A stretch of 64,000 bases of DNA from Guillardia theta CCMP2712 (Eukaryota; Protista; Cryptophyta), in NCBI RefSeq assembly GCF_000315625.1, contig NW_005434644.1:130973-194972 (forward strand), in the 5' to 3' direction. The notes under the pieces are model-generated. The model made no database searches, had not been told where the DNA came from, and worked only from the letters and a program-made list of their open reading frames with translations. This document shows positions 61,362-64,000 of the stretch, in pieces. Each line of letters begins with the position of its first letter. Positions within the stretch are counted from its first letter, which is position 1. Both the position numbers and the translations under genes were made by a program.

Positions 61362-62945
61362 TCATTGCCTTTCCTGGAAGAAATCATCAGAATGCGTAAA
61401 TGCCTGCGACGTGCCGTAGAGAGGCTGCACATGACAAGCAGGGAAACATCCGTAGTCGTTGGGCACTTGACTATCAACACCGGGCAACGTGTATAGACCC
61501 TCGGCAATAGCTCGGTCCACGATCGGTCGAAATTTCAAATCGAGAATATCGCACAATGTGTTGAGCTGACTCATCCCCTTGTCAGTAGAGACCATGTTAA
61601 TGATGCTCTCCTCTTGGATGAGCTCCCGCTGAACTAACTCCTTCCCGCTCTTCACACCAACCACTGCCATCGCAAGAGCCTCACACGCACTTGGGTCGTT
61701 TCGCAGAGCCGCATCGTACTCTTCCTCCGAGATCACCACTTGAGTTCGAGTTATCCCGCACAGGAAACCATTTTCGTCAGTGTGAACAGTGAGGCAAGCT
61801 CTCATCAAGACGCCTTCAGGGCAGGGATCCTTGGCGAAATTCTTGTTCCATCGAGAGACCCAATACCGCTTGTCACCCTCTTTCAGGCAGAAAGGATCAA
61901 AGATCAGCTTCGAGAGCTCCAAGAGGCCAGACAAGTGAGCGCAGAACTGACGGAGCTCAGTTGACGGCAGCTGCATCTCTTGATTCGCCATCCTCGCAAG
62001 CATCTCCTCTCGATGAACGCCAGCAAACTCCGACAGCCACTCGTTTACAGCACAAGTAGCCCACCTGTTGGTGCAAGGGTCCAGAGTGATGGACTGAAAC
62101 CCGCACCTCGCCGACTGCTGCCAACTTCTGAGAGCCCTTGAGTCCATGGCGGCTATTTGATAACTTCGAGCTCGTGCATTCAGGAGCCGTTCGAGCGCTG
62201 TCAAGGATCTCGCAAGCGTGTCCTTCAAGCGCAGGGGTAAAATACCGTAAATGTTTCGAATTCCAGAGATTGAAACCCCTTGATTCTCCCAGAAAGTCCT
62301 CAACAAGAATGGGACATCATGAGAGGAAGACTGATCCGATCTCCTTGAGTGGGCGAGACAATGTGCCGGGAAGGCTATTGGCCTATCAACAGGCATGTTC
62401 AAGAAGTCAAATTCCTGATTCACATTGTTTGACATGTCGTAAGAGGAAAAATCAGGATGTGCAGAAAACCCAGGCACAACTTCTGTAGTATTCCAAAGCT
62501 GCGCCAGTTGATCTTCGCTCGACGTGTCAGATAGAGGAGAGCTACGATTTGACATAATACTGTTATACTCCACTTGGCTCATGCAATCATTCTCGCTCCC
62601 TCGAGAGATACAGCGGCCACAAGGGCGACAGCCATCGCACTTGACTTTGCTCTTGTTGCACCTAATGCAAGCTTGGTCCCTCTTCAATGCCTTTCGGGGA
62701 AACCCAAGAGGACTTTTCTTTCTGTTCAGGTTTGATTCTGAGTTCTTTGGAACTTGATCAACACACATGTCGGTCTTGCCTTTGAAGATACAACTCCTGC
62801 ACGGCCTCTCACCGTCGCATTTAATCTTGCTCTTGTTGCATGCCTGGCATGCTCTGTCGCGTTTCAACTGTTCCTTCATGCTCGTTTGAGTCTTGACGTC
62901 AACTTCCATATCCGCCCTTGCATCATTCAGAGCCGCCGGGAACAT
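61362..62945 (-). CDS. Zn(II)2Cys6 transcription factor with two tandem binuclear clusters, intronless
   Basis: ACQACNKSKIKCDGERPCRSCIFKGKTDMC and ACIRCNKSKVKCDGCRPCGRCISRGSENDC both fit C-x2-C-x6-C-x5-C-x2-C-x8-C. Confidence 0.9.
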   Translation of the reverse strand: MFPAALNDARADMEVDVKTQTSMKEQLKRDRACQACNKSKIKCDGERPCRSCIFKGKTDMCVDQVPKNSESNLNRKKSPLGFPRKALKRDQACIRCNKSKVKCDGCRPCGRCISRGSENDCMSQVEYNSIMSNRSSPLSDTSSEDQLAQLWNTTEVVPGFSAHPDFSSYDMSNNVNQEFDFLNMPVDRPIAFPAHCLAHSRRSDQSSSHDVPFLLRTFWENQGVSISGIRNIYGILPLRLKDTLARSLTALERLLNARARSYQIAAMDSRALRSWQQSARCGFQSITLDPCTNRWATCAVNEWLSEFAGVHREEMLARMANQEMQLPSTELRQFCAHLSGLLELSKLIFDPFCLKEGDKRYWVSRWNKNFAKDPCPEGVLMRACLTVHTDENGFLCGITRTQVVISEEEYDAALRNDPSACEALAMAVVGVKSGKELVQRELIQEESIINMVSTDKGMSQLNTLCDILDLKFRPIVDRAIAEGLYTLPGVDSQVPNDYGCFPACHVQPLYGTSQAFTHSDDFFQERQ

Positions 62946-64000
62946 TTGAAATGGATGACTCTCAATTATATGGATCGTCTAAGAAGTTCACCAAAAAGAC
63001 ATGTCGTAATTAGAGGCTCGCATCCACATCCTGAAGAGCGAAAATGTCACTGTTACAAGTGATCAAACCATGTTACAACGTTCAGAGGGTTACTTTGTGA
63101 AGTGGCATTTCAAATGGTTTACCAATTTTGGCATTTTCTATCAATTATCTTGATTCACGTGGTCTATTGCATTTCAAATCTCTAGCCTCTTGTGTGTTAC
63201 AATGGCAGCATTCCTATTTGATATCCTATCACATAAAACAGATTCAAAACAGATAAACTCGAAGCCCAGTTCTGAATCGATGCATGTTTGTTAAACACAT
63301 GCCCCTTCTTTCATCTGGGGGAGCCTTTTACATTCATCTCCATCTAATCTCCCTTGATCTTGCCTGATCATCGTTTCCACTGTCCTTTCTTTATCTCTCC
63401 CTCCCTCCCTCCCTCCCTCCCTCCCTCCCTCCCTGCATCTCCATCGCCGGCCAACCCTGAAAATGGAACCAATTCTTTTTTCCCAAACTACCCCCAACCT
63501 AGATACCCCTCTTCTTCCCCTCAAGTACCCCCACCTGATTACGGATTGGGAACGTACTGCCACCAATCTTGTGGCTGACACGGCTCGTTGATATGCTATT
63601 ACCACCCACCCCCTCGTAATAGTAAAATTCTGCACCTGAGGTACTTGACTACCCAGTAAACGACTTGAAATGTACGGGTGATTGGAGGACACGCTGACCT
63701 AGCTAGTGAGCAATAGATAACTGCACCTTTCAATGAATGCCACGATGGAGAGGGCCGACGATGATGCTTCAAGCGCATGTACCGCTGCTTCTGATCAGCC
63801 TGGAGGGTTTCTCGCTGTAGTGTTGCCCTGAAGTGAACACAGTTGACAGCGCGAGCACACGCGATTGTCTGCCATGCTCATACGCAAGACTGCAGCGGGC
63901 AACCCCACTGTCACAGCGCGGAAATTCTCACTCTAGATCGTCGTTCATAGCCGTGAAGAAGAGTACTCGGTCCTGCTCACAACTCCCGATGGAGAACTCT

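Noticed and set aside
63700-64000. Possible exons of a minus-strand gene entering from beyond the window
   Set aside because: Only short open segments with plausible splice sites and no recognisable product, so not supportable.

Overview
Eukaryotic nuclear DNA: gene-dense, many short (~45-55 nt) GT-AG introns, occasional GC-AG introns, abundant GGA/GCA/CCT microsatellites and one 100-N gap. The style suggests a cryptophyte alga such as Guillardia (inference only). Recognisable genes, with exons spliced by eye, are a PH-domain acidic protein, an ankyrin protein, an FKBP-type PPIase, a GTP cyclohydrolase II carrying a degenerate RibB-like domain, two PDZ proteins, a TKL kinase, a TRAIP-like RING E3, a four-repeat voltage-gated channel, DNA ligase I, a DUF2358-like protein, a GNAT, an OCA/Siw14-family phosphatase and a double Zn2Cys6 transcription factor. 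The main finding is one gene (51272-56784, minus) encoding signal peptide + Ero1 + Osm1/Frd1-type flavoprotein fumarate reductase + cytochrome b5. The Ero1/reductase junction lies inside one stop-free reading frame, which suggests a single-polypeptide, possibly oxygen-independent, disulfide-forming module. Other oddities are a channel with an N/T/S/D pore filter, a RibA-RibB fusion in reversed order, and recurring intergenic CCGG-rich islands, some preceded by a shared 32-bp motif. Exon boundaries and family calls come from motif recognition; no database searches were run.
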